Source of the DNA: an uncultured archaeon
Lineage (GTDB): Archaea > Micrarchaeota > Micrarchaeia > Micrarchaeales > CABMGC01
Direction of reading: 5' to 3'
DNA length: 64,000 nt
NCBI GenBank assembly: GCA_963729635.1
Contig: CAVSOP010000009.1
Span: 64,688-128,687, forward strand
In this document: positions 1-7,849 of the stretch, one piece after another
How positions within the stretch are numbered: position 1 is the stretch's first letter
Layout of the letters: every line of letters starts with the position of its first letter
Program-made: the position numbers and the translations under genes
The notes under the pieces: model-generated
Told to the model about the DNA's origin: nothing
The model's database searches: none
What the model saw: the letters and a program-made list of their open reading frames with translations, nothing else

Positions 1-119
1 AAGAGGCTTACGCCGCCACCCTGCTCGTAGATCGGCCTGATGTGCTGGGGAGTGAGTTTTTGTCCAAAGTCGCCGAGGTCGGCGGAATGACCTCGGAAGA
101 CAGCGCAGGAGTCATCCAT
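1..119 (-). CDS. Hypothetical protein, N-terminal part only (gene runs off the window start)
   Basis: Minus-strand ATG (complement of 117..119) opens MDDSCAVFRGHSADLGDFGQKLTPQHIRPIYEQGGGVSL..., which stays open to position 1. Not in the ORF track because it is truncated. No family recognised. Confidence 0.3.
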   Translation of the reverse strand, partial: MDDSCAVFRGHSADLGDFGQKLTPQHIRPIYEQGGGVSL

Positions 120-272
120 GAACTTTTCCAGCAGACATTTCAATAGCCTTAAAAACCTTCTCAGGCAAATGTATCTTAGGAGATGAGGACGGAGGCCCTT
201 CGCCCTGTCGGATAATCTGCTTAATAAATATTTCATTGCAAATAACATACTACTCTAGTGCTTATGTTCTGT

Positions 273-292
273 GCACTGATGAAACGAGGTGT
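273..292 (+). promoter_or_regulatory. K-loop/K-turn-like RNA motif in the rpl7ae leader (candidate L7Ae autoregulatory site)
   Basis: GCACU-GAU-GA-AAC-GA-GGUGU folds as a 5-bp C-stem (2 G.U pairs), a 3-nt bulge, tandem sheared G.A/A.G pairs and a 3-nt loop. The 3' strand overlaps the SD-like GAGGUG 5 nt before the ATG at 297. Confidence 0.45.
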
Positions 293-296
293 CTAA

Positions 297-767
297 ATGG
301 CAAAATCTTATGTGAAATTCGAAGCCCCTAAGGAGATAGCGGACAAGTCTTTGGAAGCCCTGAGGCTCGCGAAGCAGAGCGGATCTGTGAAGAAGGGAGT
401 GAACGAGGTCACCAAGAGCATAGAGCGCGGACTCGCAACGCTGGTGCTTCTCGCCGCCGACGTGGACCCGGAGGAGGTCGTTATGCACATCCCCACGCTC
501 TGCGAGCAGAAGAAGATCGCGATAGTGTTCATCCCGGCGAAGCTCGACCTGGGCAAGGCCGTCGGGCTCAACGTGCCGTGCGCCGCCGCATCGATAGAGA
601 AGGCGGGCGAGGGCGCCGCGCAGCTGAAGGAGGTCACGACATGGAGCGTCAGGATGATGGGCGGGAAGCCGGAGACCAAAGCCGAGGCCAAGGCGGAAGC
701 GAAGACCGAGGCCAAGGAGCACAAGGAGCAGCACAAGAAGGAGGAGAAAGCGGAGAAGACCGAGTGA
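297..767 (+). CDS. rpl7ae: 50S ribosomal protein L7Ae (with an atypical K/E/A-rich C-terminal tail)
   Basis: The core matches the L7Ae/L30e family (KKGVNEVTKSIERG, LVLLAADVDPEEVV, HIPTLCEQKKI). It heads the conserved archaeal L7Ae-S28e-L24e cluster. The last ~43 aa are a KAEAK/KEEK low-complexity tail. Confidence 0.95.
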   Translation: MAKSYVKFEAPKEIADKSLEALRLAKQSGSVKKGVNEVTKSIERGLATLVLLAADVDPEEVVMHIPTLCEQKKIAIVFIPAKLDLGKAVGLNVPCAAASIEKAGEGAAQLKEVTTWSVRMMGGKPETKAEAKAEAKTEAKEHKEQHKKEEKAEKTE

Positions 768-782
768 TCGGCGGCTGATTTC

Positions 783-1028
783 ATGGTGGACGAGCAGAAG
801 AAGGAGGAGAAGAAGTTCGACGGCTACACCGTCGAGGTAGTGGAGAAGCTGCCCATGAAGACCGGCATGTTCGGGTCCGTCCACCAGGTCATGTGCAAGG
901 TCATCGACCAGAACAGCAGGGACAGGGGCAGGGTCATAAGGAGGAACATAACGGGCAGGGTCAAGGTCGGGGACATACTTAGGTTCAGCGACACGAGCAG
1001 GGAGGACAAGCCCATAAACGTGAAGTGA
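783..1028 (+). CDS. rps28e: 30S ribosomal protein S28e
   Basis: 81 aa. [12 protein letters not shown]...[25 protein letters not shown] matches the S28e pattern. Conserved position after rpl7ae. Confidence 0.9.
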   Translation: MVDEQKKEEKKFDGYTVEVVEKLPMKTGMFGSVHQVMCKVIDQNSRDRGRVIRRNITGRVKVGDILRFSDTSREDKPINVK

Positions 1029-1032
1029 TCGC

Positions 1033-1224
1033 ATGCGATGCTCATACTGCACCAGGGACATTGAGAAGGGGACAGGGCTGATGTACGTCAAGAAGACGGG
1101 CGCAGTCAGGTACTACTGCTCGAACCGCTGCTACGAGTTCGACGTCACGCAGGGCAAGAAGCAGAACATGAAGGAGCAGAAGGGCATCGCGAAGGCGGCG
1201 CTCAAGCAGGCGGCGAAGAAGTAG
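1033..1224 (+). CDS. rpl24e: 50S ribosomal protein L24e
   Basis: 63 aa. [31 protein letters not shown] is the L24e zinc-ribbon signature. Conserved position after rps28e. Confidence 0.9.
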   Translation: MRCSYCTRDIEKGTGLMYVKKTGAVRYYCSNRCYEFDVTQGKKQNMKEQKGIAKAALKQAAKK

Positions 1225-1248
1225 CGGCTTTTTCTTTATACTGATCCG

Positions 1249-1701
1249 ATGAAGATCGTCAGCGCCTGTCTGGCGGGCGAGAACTGCAAGTGGAACGGCA
1301 AGAACAGCCTCAGCGCGGTCGTCAGGGAGATGGTCGGGAGGGGCGAGGCCGTCGCGGCGTGCCCGGAGGTCCTGGGCGGGCTCCCCGTCCCCAGGAAGCC
1401 CTGCGGGATCTACGGAGGCGCCGGCGCGGAAGTGATCGACGGGAAGGCGAGCGTCAGGACCTTGGGCGACGGGGAGGACCTGACCGCGCAGTTCAAAAGG
1501 GGAGCAGAGGGATTCCTGAGGATCGCGGAATCGGTCGGCGCCGACGAGGCGATCCTGAAGGCCAGGAGCCCGTCGTGCGGCTGCGGCATGACCTGGAGGC
1601 TCGACGAGAGCCTTGAGAACCACATCGCCGAGGGCGACGGGGTGACGGCCGCGCTGCTGAAGAGGAACGGGATAAAGGTCACCGCCCAACCGGCAGATTA
1701 G
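1249..1701 (+). CDS. DUF523 family protein (YbbK/TudS-like)
   Basis: 150 aa. SACLAGENCKWNG...CPEVLGGLPVPRKP...LKARSPSCG...GDGVTAALLKRNGI follows the DUF523 consensus along its whole length. Confidence 0.75.
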   Translation: MKIVSACLAGENCKWNGKNSLSAVVREMVGRGEAVAACPEVLGGLPVPRKPCGIYGGAGAEVIDGKASVRTLGDGEDLTAQFKRGAEGFLRIAESVGADEAILKARSPSCGCGMTWRLDESLENHIAEGDGVTAALLKRNGIKVTAQPAD

Positions 1702-2096
1702 GCCGCCGCTTCAGGCGCGTCGTCCAACGGTTCCTTCTTCTTGAGGGCCTTCAGATGCTCGGTCCGGGCGATCTGGGAGTCCGGATAGATAGTCACGTGC
1801 ACCTCATCGTCCTCGTCCACCCAGCTCATCCTCGCCGTCATCGCGTTCTGGGTCTCGCAGTGCCCGTATTGCATCTCGTTGAAACAGGGTATCATTATCG
1901 TATTGCGGACGTGCAGCGAGAACTCAAGCAATTCCATCGCGATCACCGGGTTCTTCGGCGCCACGTGGAACTCGTGCACGGTGCGTCCGCCTTCGCGCGT
2001 CACATTCTTCATGAAGTCTATCCCGTCAAGATTCGCCAGGATGTTCTCCGTTCTGACAGGGACGCTTCTCAGTACTTCCTCAATCCGTCTTTCCAC
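1698..2096 (-). CDS. Hypothetical protein
   Basis: 132-aa ORF with normal-looking composition, convergent with the DUF523 gene and overlapping it by 4 nt. No family recognised. Confidence 0.5.
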   Translation of the reverse strand: MERRIEEVLRSVPVRTENILANLDGIDFMKNVTREGGRTVHEFHVAPKNPVIAMELLEFSLHVRNTIMIPCFNEMQYGHCETQNAMTARMSWVDEDDEVHVTIYPDSQIARTEHLKALKKKEPLDDAPEAAA

Positions 2097-2207
2097 AGAA
2101 TCACTTATTCATCCGTTTCCGGGGTATTTAAGATTAGTCTACGAAACCGCGCGCCCGCGCGGCCGTCATGCGGGAAGCTATAAAAGGGTAAAAATCCAAT
2201 CCCCTCC

Positions 2208-3365
2208 ATGGAGTACGGGGAGAACGAGACTCTCGTGATAGCGCACTTCGGCGAGCTGTGGCTCAAGGGGCGCAACCGCAACGAGTACATACACAAGCAG
2301 CTCAGGAACGTGGGCGAGCAGCTCTCCGGCGAGAGCTGCGAGGTGCAGAGGCGCTACGACCGCATAATGATCCGCCTTAACGGCGACTCGGACCTCGGCT
2401 CGATAAGGGAGAAGGTCGGGAGGACCTTCGGCCTGAGCGGCTACGAGGTCGCGACGGTGACCGAGCCCACCCTCGCGAAGATCTCCGCGCTCGCGAAGAG
2501 GATGCTGAAGTCGCGCAAGGGCGCGACGTCCGTTAGGATAAACTCCCACAGGGCGGACAAGACCCTGCCATTCAATTCCGTTGATATAATCAACAGGGTG
2601 AGGAAGGACGCCGAGAAGCTGGGCATAGTCCCGGACACGAAGCAGTTCGACACCGAGCTCGGCATAAGCGTGACGAGCGAGGCGGCATTCGTCTCGCTCG
2701 CCAGGGCGAAGGGCCCGGGCGGCCTACCTGTCGGGAGCTCCGGGAAGGGCGTGGTGCTGCTGTCAGGGGGTATAGATTCGCCCGTGGCCGCGTGGTACGC
2801 AATGAAGAGGGGCGTCTCGCCAGTGTACGTGCACCTGCACGCCTTCCAGGACCCCGAGGAGGCCCTGAAGGGCAAGATACCCGACATCCTCGGGACGCTC
2901 TCGAGGTACTACCCGCACTACAAGGCCTACTTCGTGCCCTCGCACATCTTCCAGGCCGGCTCCTTCAAGTACGGGAGGTACGAGCTCATACTCCTCAAGG
3001 CGTTCATGCTCAGGCTCGCGGAGCGCGTAGCCAAGCGCGAGCACGCGCTCAACGTCTTCACGGGCGAGAGCCTCGGCCAGGTCGCGTCGCAGACGCCAGG
3101 CAACCTCCTCGCCTCGCAGTCAGGCACGAAGCTCCCGATACTGAGGCCGCTGATAGGCTTCGACAAGGAGGAGATAATCAGGGTCGCGAGGGCGATAGGC
3201 ACCTACGACGACTCGATAAGGCCCTACAAGGACGTCTGCTCCCTCAACGCGCGGAACCCGACGCTGAGCGCCGACGCGGAGATGACCAGGAAGATGCTCA
3301 GGGAGATGAACATGTCAAGCATAGTCACCAGGTCGCTGAAGCTCGCCAGGATAGTGACGGCGTAA
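2208..3365 (+). CDS. thiI: tRNA 4-thiouridine synthase ThiI (THUMP + PP-loop)
   Basis: 385 aa. N-terminal GELWLKGRNR, PP-loop LLSGGIDSPVAAW, and downstream GESLGQVASQT are typical ThiI motifs. Confidence 0.9.
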   Translation: MEYGENETLVIAHFGELWLKGRNRNEYIHKQLRNVGEQLSGESCEVQRRYDRIMIRLNGDSDLGSIREKVGRTFGLSGYEVATVTEPTLAKISALAKRMLKSRKGATSVRINSHRADKTLPFNSVDIINRVRKDAEKLGIVPDTKQFDTELGISVTSEAAFVSLARAKGPGGLPVGSSGKGVVLLSGGIDSPVAAWYAMKRGVSPVYVHLHAFQDPEEALKGKIPDILGTLSRYYPHYKAYFVPSHIFQAGSFKYGRYELILLKAFMLRLAERVAKREHALNVFTGESLGQVASQTPGNLLASQSGTKLPILRPLIGFDKEEIIRVARAIGTYDDSIRPYKDVCSLNARNPTLSADAEMTRKMLREMNMSSIVTRSLKLARIVTA

Positions 3366-3456
3366 GGAATCCGCCCGCTCGCCGTCCCGTGCACCGGTAT
3401 TTATTGCTATCATGAGATTTGTCCAATGATTGAGGCGGTTCAGGACAGGTGACAAC

Positions 3457-3696
3457 ATGATCAAGATAAAGGACTACGAGGGAAGGAGGATCTACGTGCG
3501 CCTCCAGGACACGGACAGGACGGGAAAGTACCGCGTCGGGAAGTTCGTGGGCTTCGACGAGGAGTCCCGCTTCCTGATACTCGATCTCGAGAAGGAGAAC
3601 AAGACGAGGCACAAGATCGAGGCGATAAACCTCGACATGATAGAGAGGATAGTGCCTCTGGGCGCGGACGAGGACCCGCAGACCCTGCTGATGTGA
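3457..3696 (+). CDS. Small Sm-like/LSm-fold protein (putative)
   Basis: ATG at 3457 is preceded by AGGTGA. RIYVRLQDTDRTGKYRVGKFVGFDEESRFLILD resembles the Sm1/Sm2 strand pattern. The track ORF 3430..3696 begins at an upstream TTG. Family assignment is tentative. Confidence 0.45.
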   Translation: MIKIKDYEGRRIYVRLQDTDRTGKYRVGKFVGFDEESRFLILDLEKENKTRHKIEAINLDMIERIVPLGADEDPQTLLM

Positions 3697-3758
3697 CGCC
3701 GCGAGCCTCGGGAACGCCTTTCGATAATATTTTATATGTTCACGTCGCATGGTAGTGC

Positions 3759-4364
3759 ATGGATCTTTTGACGAAGGTTGTGGTTTCGGCCGTGATAATA
3801 GTCGCGGCGCTGTTCGCGCTTTACTACGGAGCGAGCATGATCCCGGCCGCGGCCCCGACGCAGGGGCAGGCCTCGTCGAACATAACCAACTACCTCAATA
3901 TGATCTACCCGGGAGCCAACGTCACGATAACGGACATAAAGCCCTCGGTGTACGCGGGCAGCTGGCACGTGGTCGCTTCCGTGATAGAGAACGCGACGAC
4001 GCCGTGCCCCCTGTACCAGGTCTACACCTACGACTATCCCGCCTTCGGGCTCGTGAACGGCACCGATAACACATACACGGCCATGAACGCCGCGAACTGC
4101 ACCATCTACTCCGGGGCGAGGGTGGGCTCGTTCCCCGTCGCCGTGGCCCTGGCCTCCAAGAACTATGCGGTCAGCCAGTACATAAACAACTTCGGCTTCG
4201 CGAACGTCGTGACCTCCGCGATAGCGTACAACGCGACGATCTCGGGCAGGGTCATGAACGTATGGAACGTCAGCTACTCGTCGAAGAGGGCGAACTACAC
4301 CGAATTCGTGGTGCTCTCCCAGCTCAACGGGAGCGTGCTCAACTCCGCCAGGAAGTCAAAGTAG
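3759..4364 (+). CDS. Membrane-anchored extracellular protein, N-glycosylation sequon-rich
   Basis: 201 aa with an N-terminal TM helix (VVVSAVIIVAALFALYY), then 9 N-x-S/T sequons (NIT, NVT, NAT, NGT, NCT, NAT, NVS, NYT, NGS). Confidence 0.7.
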   Translation: MDLLTKVVVSAVIIVAALFALYYGASMIPAAAPTQGQASSNITNYLNMIYPGANVTITDIKPSVYAGSWHVVASVIENATTPCPLYQVYTYDYPAFGLVNGTDNTYTAMNAANCTIYSGARVGSFPVAVALASKNYAVSQYINNFGFANVVTSAIAYNATISGRVMNVWNVSYSSKRANYTEFVVLSQLNGSVLNSARKSK

Positions 4365-4814
4365 GGTCCTGGTCAGCATCACGGCGCTGTCCGAAGGCCC
4401 GGCGAGCCTCCTGAAGCCGGATTTCTCGAAGAACGAGATGGCGCGCGCATTGGACGCCGAGACCCTGGCGCGCACCTCCCGCACCCCCAGGTCGCGGGCC
4501 CTGGCGATGCACCTCGCGAGCAGCCGCCCTCCCATTCCCCTCCCCCTGCGGCCCTCGGCGACCAGTATCCCGACCGTGCCCTCAGGGCCCTCGCAGAGGA
4601 TCTCGCAGTCGGCCACGACCTCCTCTCCCTCAACGGCGACGAAGTCGGCCATGGCGCCCTCGCGCGCGGCCCCGAGCTTCCATTCCACCGTCTCGCCTAT
4701 CCGCCCGGGAGCCAGGACCCCGAAGGTCATAGCCTCCGGGACCTCCGCCTGGACGTCGGCTATCAGCCTCGACAGGCTACGCTTGTCGCCCTCGCGAAGT
4801 TCCCTTATCTCCAT
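4356..4814 (-). CDS. GNAT family N-acetyltransferase
   Basis: 152 aa. Acetyl-CoA motif RRGRGMGGRLLARCIARA plus the C-terminal NARAISFFEKSGFR. Confidence 0.85.
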   Translation of the reverse strand: MEIRELREGDKRSLSRLIADVQAEVPEAMTFGVLAPGRIGETVEWKLGAAREGAMADFVAVEGEEVVADCEILCEGPEGTVGILVAEGRRGRGMGGRLLARCIARARDLGVREVRARVSASNARAISFFEKSGFRRLAGPSDSAVMLTRTLL

Positions 4815-4854
4815 CAGGATACGTTTTAAATCTTATCATTTTAATACTAATCCT

Positions 4855-5049
4855 ATGAAGATCTCCAAGCTCACGGCCAAGAGGATACTCAAGGACTCCG
4901 GAGCGGAGCGGGTCAGCGACGAGGCGGCCGCGGAGCTCGCCGACCTGGTGACCGCCTTCTCGTATTCCGTGGCCAACAAGGCGGTGAGGCTCGCGGGCCA
5001 CGCTGGCAGGAAGACTGTGAGCAAGGCCGACGTGGAGCTGGCGAAGTAG
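4855..5049 (+). CDS. Archaeal histone (HMf family)
   Basis: 64 aa from the ATG at 4855, inside track ORF 4438..5049. AKRILKDSGAERVSDEAAAELADLV...AVRLAGHAGRKTVSKADVELA is a histone-fold sequence. Confidence 0.85.
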   Translation: MKISKLTAKRILKDSGAERVSDEAAAELADLVTAFSYSVANKAVRLAGHAGRKTVSKADVELAK

Positions 5050-5074
5050 CCGTTAGCTCCGTACCCCAAAATAG

Positions 5075-5184
5075 GGTATTGTCCACAAACTCGGCTGATT
5101 TTTAGGGTGTCGCATTCGGCTGGTCATTCGGTATTGTCCACAAACTCGGCTGATTTTTAGGGTGTCGCATTCGGCTGGTCATTC
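5075..5184. repeat. Perfect 55-bp tandem duplication (2 copies) forming the left end of the low-GC element
   Basis: GGTATTGTCCACAAACTCGGCTGATTTTTAGGGTGTCGCATTCGGCTGGTCATTC occurs at 5075..5129 and again at 5130..5184. Each unit contains two TGTC..CGGCTG motifs. Confidence 0.95.
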
Positions 5185-6420
5185 CGTTATCTTGCCGTCG
5201 ATTAGGTCTTGGGCTGTTCTTAGAAGTATATTTACCCCCTCCTCGTTCTTGGCTCTGGCTACCTCTTCATACGCTCCTTTTCCAAAACTCAGGGCAACAA
5301 AATAACCCTTCTTTTTACCAGTTCTCCTCATGGCAGTCTCGAAATTATCTATTGGAATGCGCCCTATACTCTCTGTTTGTTTCACTTGAATAGGGTAGCC
5401 ACCATCTATTTGTGAGGTAGTGCCATCAATTCCCATATCCCCTGATTTTGTCCTGCTTACTGTTCCTAAGAACTTGTCAATCACAACCCAATTCTGAAAT
5501 TCAAAAGGGGGCAGATGCTTAACATAGCGTAAATCCACCTCGCCTTTTACCATCATGGCATTCATGGCATAATCTTTTCTGAGACGTTCTTTCATTAATT
5601 TACAGGCAGTTGGCGATATGTCTATGCCTATCCATTTTCTGCCCATTTTCTGCGAAGCCATAAGCGTAGTTCCGCATCCGCAGAATGGGTCAAGAACTAT
5701 GTCTCCTTTATTTGAGGATGCTTCGATGATTCTCTCAAGCAGGGGCATCGGCTTTTGCGTCGGGAACAACTGTTTTATTGGAGGAACACGACCTATCTCC
5801 CATACATCATCCATAGAGACGCCCTCGGATTCCTCATCAGCCATCTGTGCTGGAACTCTCTTTCCTGTCTTTTCGTCATAACCTGATATGATGCGTGCGT
5901 TTCCAAATCGTTTCAGCGTGGACTGCGCTCTTTCCATGAACATCTTGTTAAACACTCGTTTTTTGTCATTAGTCTTAGAGTAGAAAAATATGGTATCATG
6001 ATTATTCTGAAATTGTTTGTTTCCAGTTGACCATTTTCGGTAATGCCAGATAATCTCGTTTCTGAAATTACCCTCTCCAAAAATCTTGTCTAAGGAATTG
6101 CGTAGGTGCGAATTTGCGTGCGTATCGCAATGCAAATACATTGAGCCAGTATCTTTCAGAATTCGGTAGCACTCGGACAATCGTGGGTTCATCCAAGTAA
6201 TGTAATGTTCTATCCCACCTTCCCATCTGTCCTGAAATGACCTTATCTCAGCTTTATCTTTCCAGATTACTTCATAGTGCTTATTGCTAAAAAAAGGCGG
6301 GTCTGCATAAATAAGGTCAACGCTCTTATCGGGAAACTTGCTCATTATCTCCAAGTTGTCTCCTTCATAAATAGCATTAACCTCCATGTTTTCTATTGCC
6401 ATGCTAACCCTTTTATTCAT
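5179..6420 (-). CDS. DNA methyltransferase (N4-C/N6-A, beta class) fused to a C-terminal PD-(D/E)xK (Mrr-cat-like) nuclease-fold domain
   Basis: Motif IV DLIYADPPF precedes motif I VLDPFCGCGTT. The C-terminal GDMGIDG...YPIQVKQ is restriction-endonuclease-like. The ATG at 6420 overlaps the transposase stop (ATGA). The track ORF extends to an alternative start at 6459. Confidence 0.85.
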   Translation of the reverse strand: MNKRVSMAIENMEVNAIYEGDNLEIMSKFPDKSVDLIYADPPFFSNKHYEVIWKDKAEIRSFQDRWEGGIEHYITWMNPRLSECYRILKDTGSMYLHCDTHANSHLRNSLDKIFGEGNFRNEIIWHYRKWSTGNKQFQNNHDTIFFYSKTNDKKRVFNKMFMERAQSTLKRFGNARIISGYDEKTGKRVPAQMADEESEGVSMDDVWEIGRVPPIKQLFPTQKPMPLLERIIEASSNKGDIVLDPFCGCGTTLMASQKMGRKWIGIDISPTACKLMKERLRKDYAMNAMMVKGEVDLRYVKHLPPFEFQNWVVIDKFLGTVSRTKSGDMGIDGTTSQIDGGYPIQVKQTESIGRIPIDNFETAMRRTGKKKGYFVALSFGKGAYEEVARAKNEEGVNILLRTAQDLIDGKITE

Positions 6421-7607
6421 TGCGTAGCGGGCTGGCTGAGTTTCAAAAGACTTAGCCACCTGTTCCTCTCGTTGCCCATGCTTATCCCTGCGAGTTGCGA
6501 AGGCGTAAGTCCGTCGAATGCCTGATTAGGTCGTATGAAGTTGTAATATGTCCTCCAATTTCCGAGATACTGCTCTGTGGTCGCCTCGCTCTTGAAACCA
6601 CGCATAACCTTGTCCCTCTCCCTGAATGTGCTGTGATAACGCTCTATCAGTTGGTTATCCCGCTTCTTTGTTGCGTGAATTTGCTCTGTGAAATTCTGGC
6701 GTGAGTATTGGTTGCGGTAAGCGTTCCTCGTAAATTCCTTCCTTACCGCCTCACGATAGAATTGACCCTTATCGGTGGCTATTATGCTCGGCTCTTGCGA
6801 GATTATCGCCTTCGCCTTCTGTATTATCTTCCGAGCGTCCACTATCCTTCTCGCCTTCGTTATCTGCGTAGCGAGCAGGAAGCGGGTCTTGTGGTCGAGG
6901 GCGTTCCAGCACCATTCATTCTCTCCTTTGATGTTAAGCACCTGCTCGTCTATGTGCATTACCTCGCTGGTCTGTGGTCTTAGGGTATTCGTATAGTCGT
7001 TCATCTTCGCCATGAAGCGATTGTTCCAGCGTCGTATAGTCTCATGGTGCAGTTTCAGACCGAAACTCTGATAGAGTGTGTCCTGTATGTCCCTGAGCGA
7101 ATTGCCTTTGTAATACATATCAAGCGCAAGACAGAGTATTCTTGCATTGCCCTTTATGCCCTTCGCGGGGTCAAGGACGAAATACGACCCGCAGTCTTGG
7201 CACTTGTATCTCTGCTTAGTTCCCGATTTGTTCTTTCTCGTGCCGTCCTTGAGTATTTTCTCTGACTTGCACGAAGGACATGCTCTTTCTTCCGTTATGC
7301 CTTCTACGTCAAAGTCCTCTATATCCACCTTGTTCTTTAGCTTGTTGAACAGGATAATGGCATTTATGTGTTTACAATAAAGTCCGTTATCTTTGCACCT
7401 TTTGAGATAATCGGGACAATCGCAAGAGTAAGCGTCCAAGTGCCTGACCTTGTATTGCGTCGTGCCATCTGAGGAAGGTATAAGATAGGTGGTCTCGTTA
7501 ACCTTCTCTGGCACTCTTGTTCTTAGGACTTCGACCGCCCTCTGTTTTCTGGCTTCTGATTGCCCTGCGAGGTCTGTTTGCATTCTATCAATCCCTATGC
7601 TATTCAC
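6417..7607 (-). CDS. IS6-family-like DDE transposase with N-terminal SWIM zinc finger and zinc ribbon
   Basis: 396 aa. SWIM CDCPDYLKRCKDNGLYCKH; ribbon CPSC...CQDC; DDE region HIDE...ATDKGQFY...NQLIERYHSTFRERDKVMRGFKS...YYNFIRPNQAFDGLTP resembles IS6/IS26-type transposases. Confidence 0.8.
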   Translation of the reverse strand: MNSIGIDRMQTDLAGQSEARKQRAVEVLRTRVPEKVNETTYLIPSSDGTTQYKVRHLDAYSCDCPDYLKRCKDNGLYCKHINAIILFNKLKNKVDIEDFDVEGITEERACPSCKSEKILKDGTRKNKSGTKQRYKCQDCGSYFVLDPAKGIKGNARILCLALDMYYKGNSLRDIQDTLYQSFGLKLHHETIRRWNNRFMAKMNDYTNTLRPQTSEVMHIDEQVLNIKGENEWCWNALDHKTRFLLATQITKARRIVDARKIIQKAKAIISQEPSIIATDKGQFYREAVRKEFTRNAYRNQYSRQNFTEQIHATKKRDNQLIERYHSTFRERDKVMRGFKSEATTEQYLGNWRTYYNFIRPNQAFDGLTPSQLAGISMGNERNRWLSLLKLSQPATQ

Positions 7608-7681
7608 ATATATACTATGTTATTAAGATATATAAAGGTATCGTAGGAAGCTATATAACTTAGTATATACAAGTATATATC

Positions 7682-7849
7682 ATGCCGAGAACAATAATTG
7701 TAAAAAATGGAGAACTCCTTCTAAGGGATAAACACATTATTGGCTGGTATACTGATGAGGTTTCCGTGTTCGGGAATGGAGCAAAAATTGGTGCTAAGCG
7801 GGAGCACATCGGTAAAGTGGCTTATGTGGTGATTATGGATGGAAACTAA
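7682..7849 (+). CDS. Small transposon-associated protein (DUF2080-like, tentative)
   Basis: 55-aa ORF below the track cutoff: MPRTIIVKNGELLLRDKHIIGWYTDEVSVFGNGAKIGAKREHIGKVAYVVIMDGN. The FGNGAKI..K..IGK.v.VvI pattern recalls archaeal putative transposon-encoded DUF2080 proteins. Divergent from the transposase across an AT-rich promoter region. Confidence 0.4.
   Translation: MPRTIIVKNGELLLRDKHIIGWYTDEVSVFGNGAKIGAKREHIGKVAYVVIMDGN

Noticed and set aside
255-1091. 278-aa minus-strand ORF covering rpl7ae/rps28e
   Set aside because: It is antisense to three unmistakable ribosomal protein genes. The translation is Leu/Arg/His/Pro-rich low-complexity, typical of a GC-rich shadow ORF.
5075-5184. 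Tandem repeats at 5075..5184 and 50881..50960 as possible CRISPR arrays
   Set aside because: Each has only two directly abutting copies with no spacers, and no cas genes are nearby. They are simple tandem duplications.
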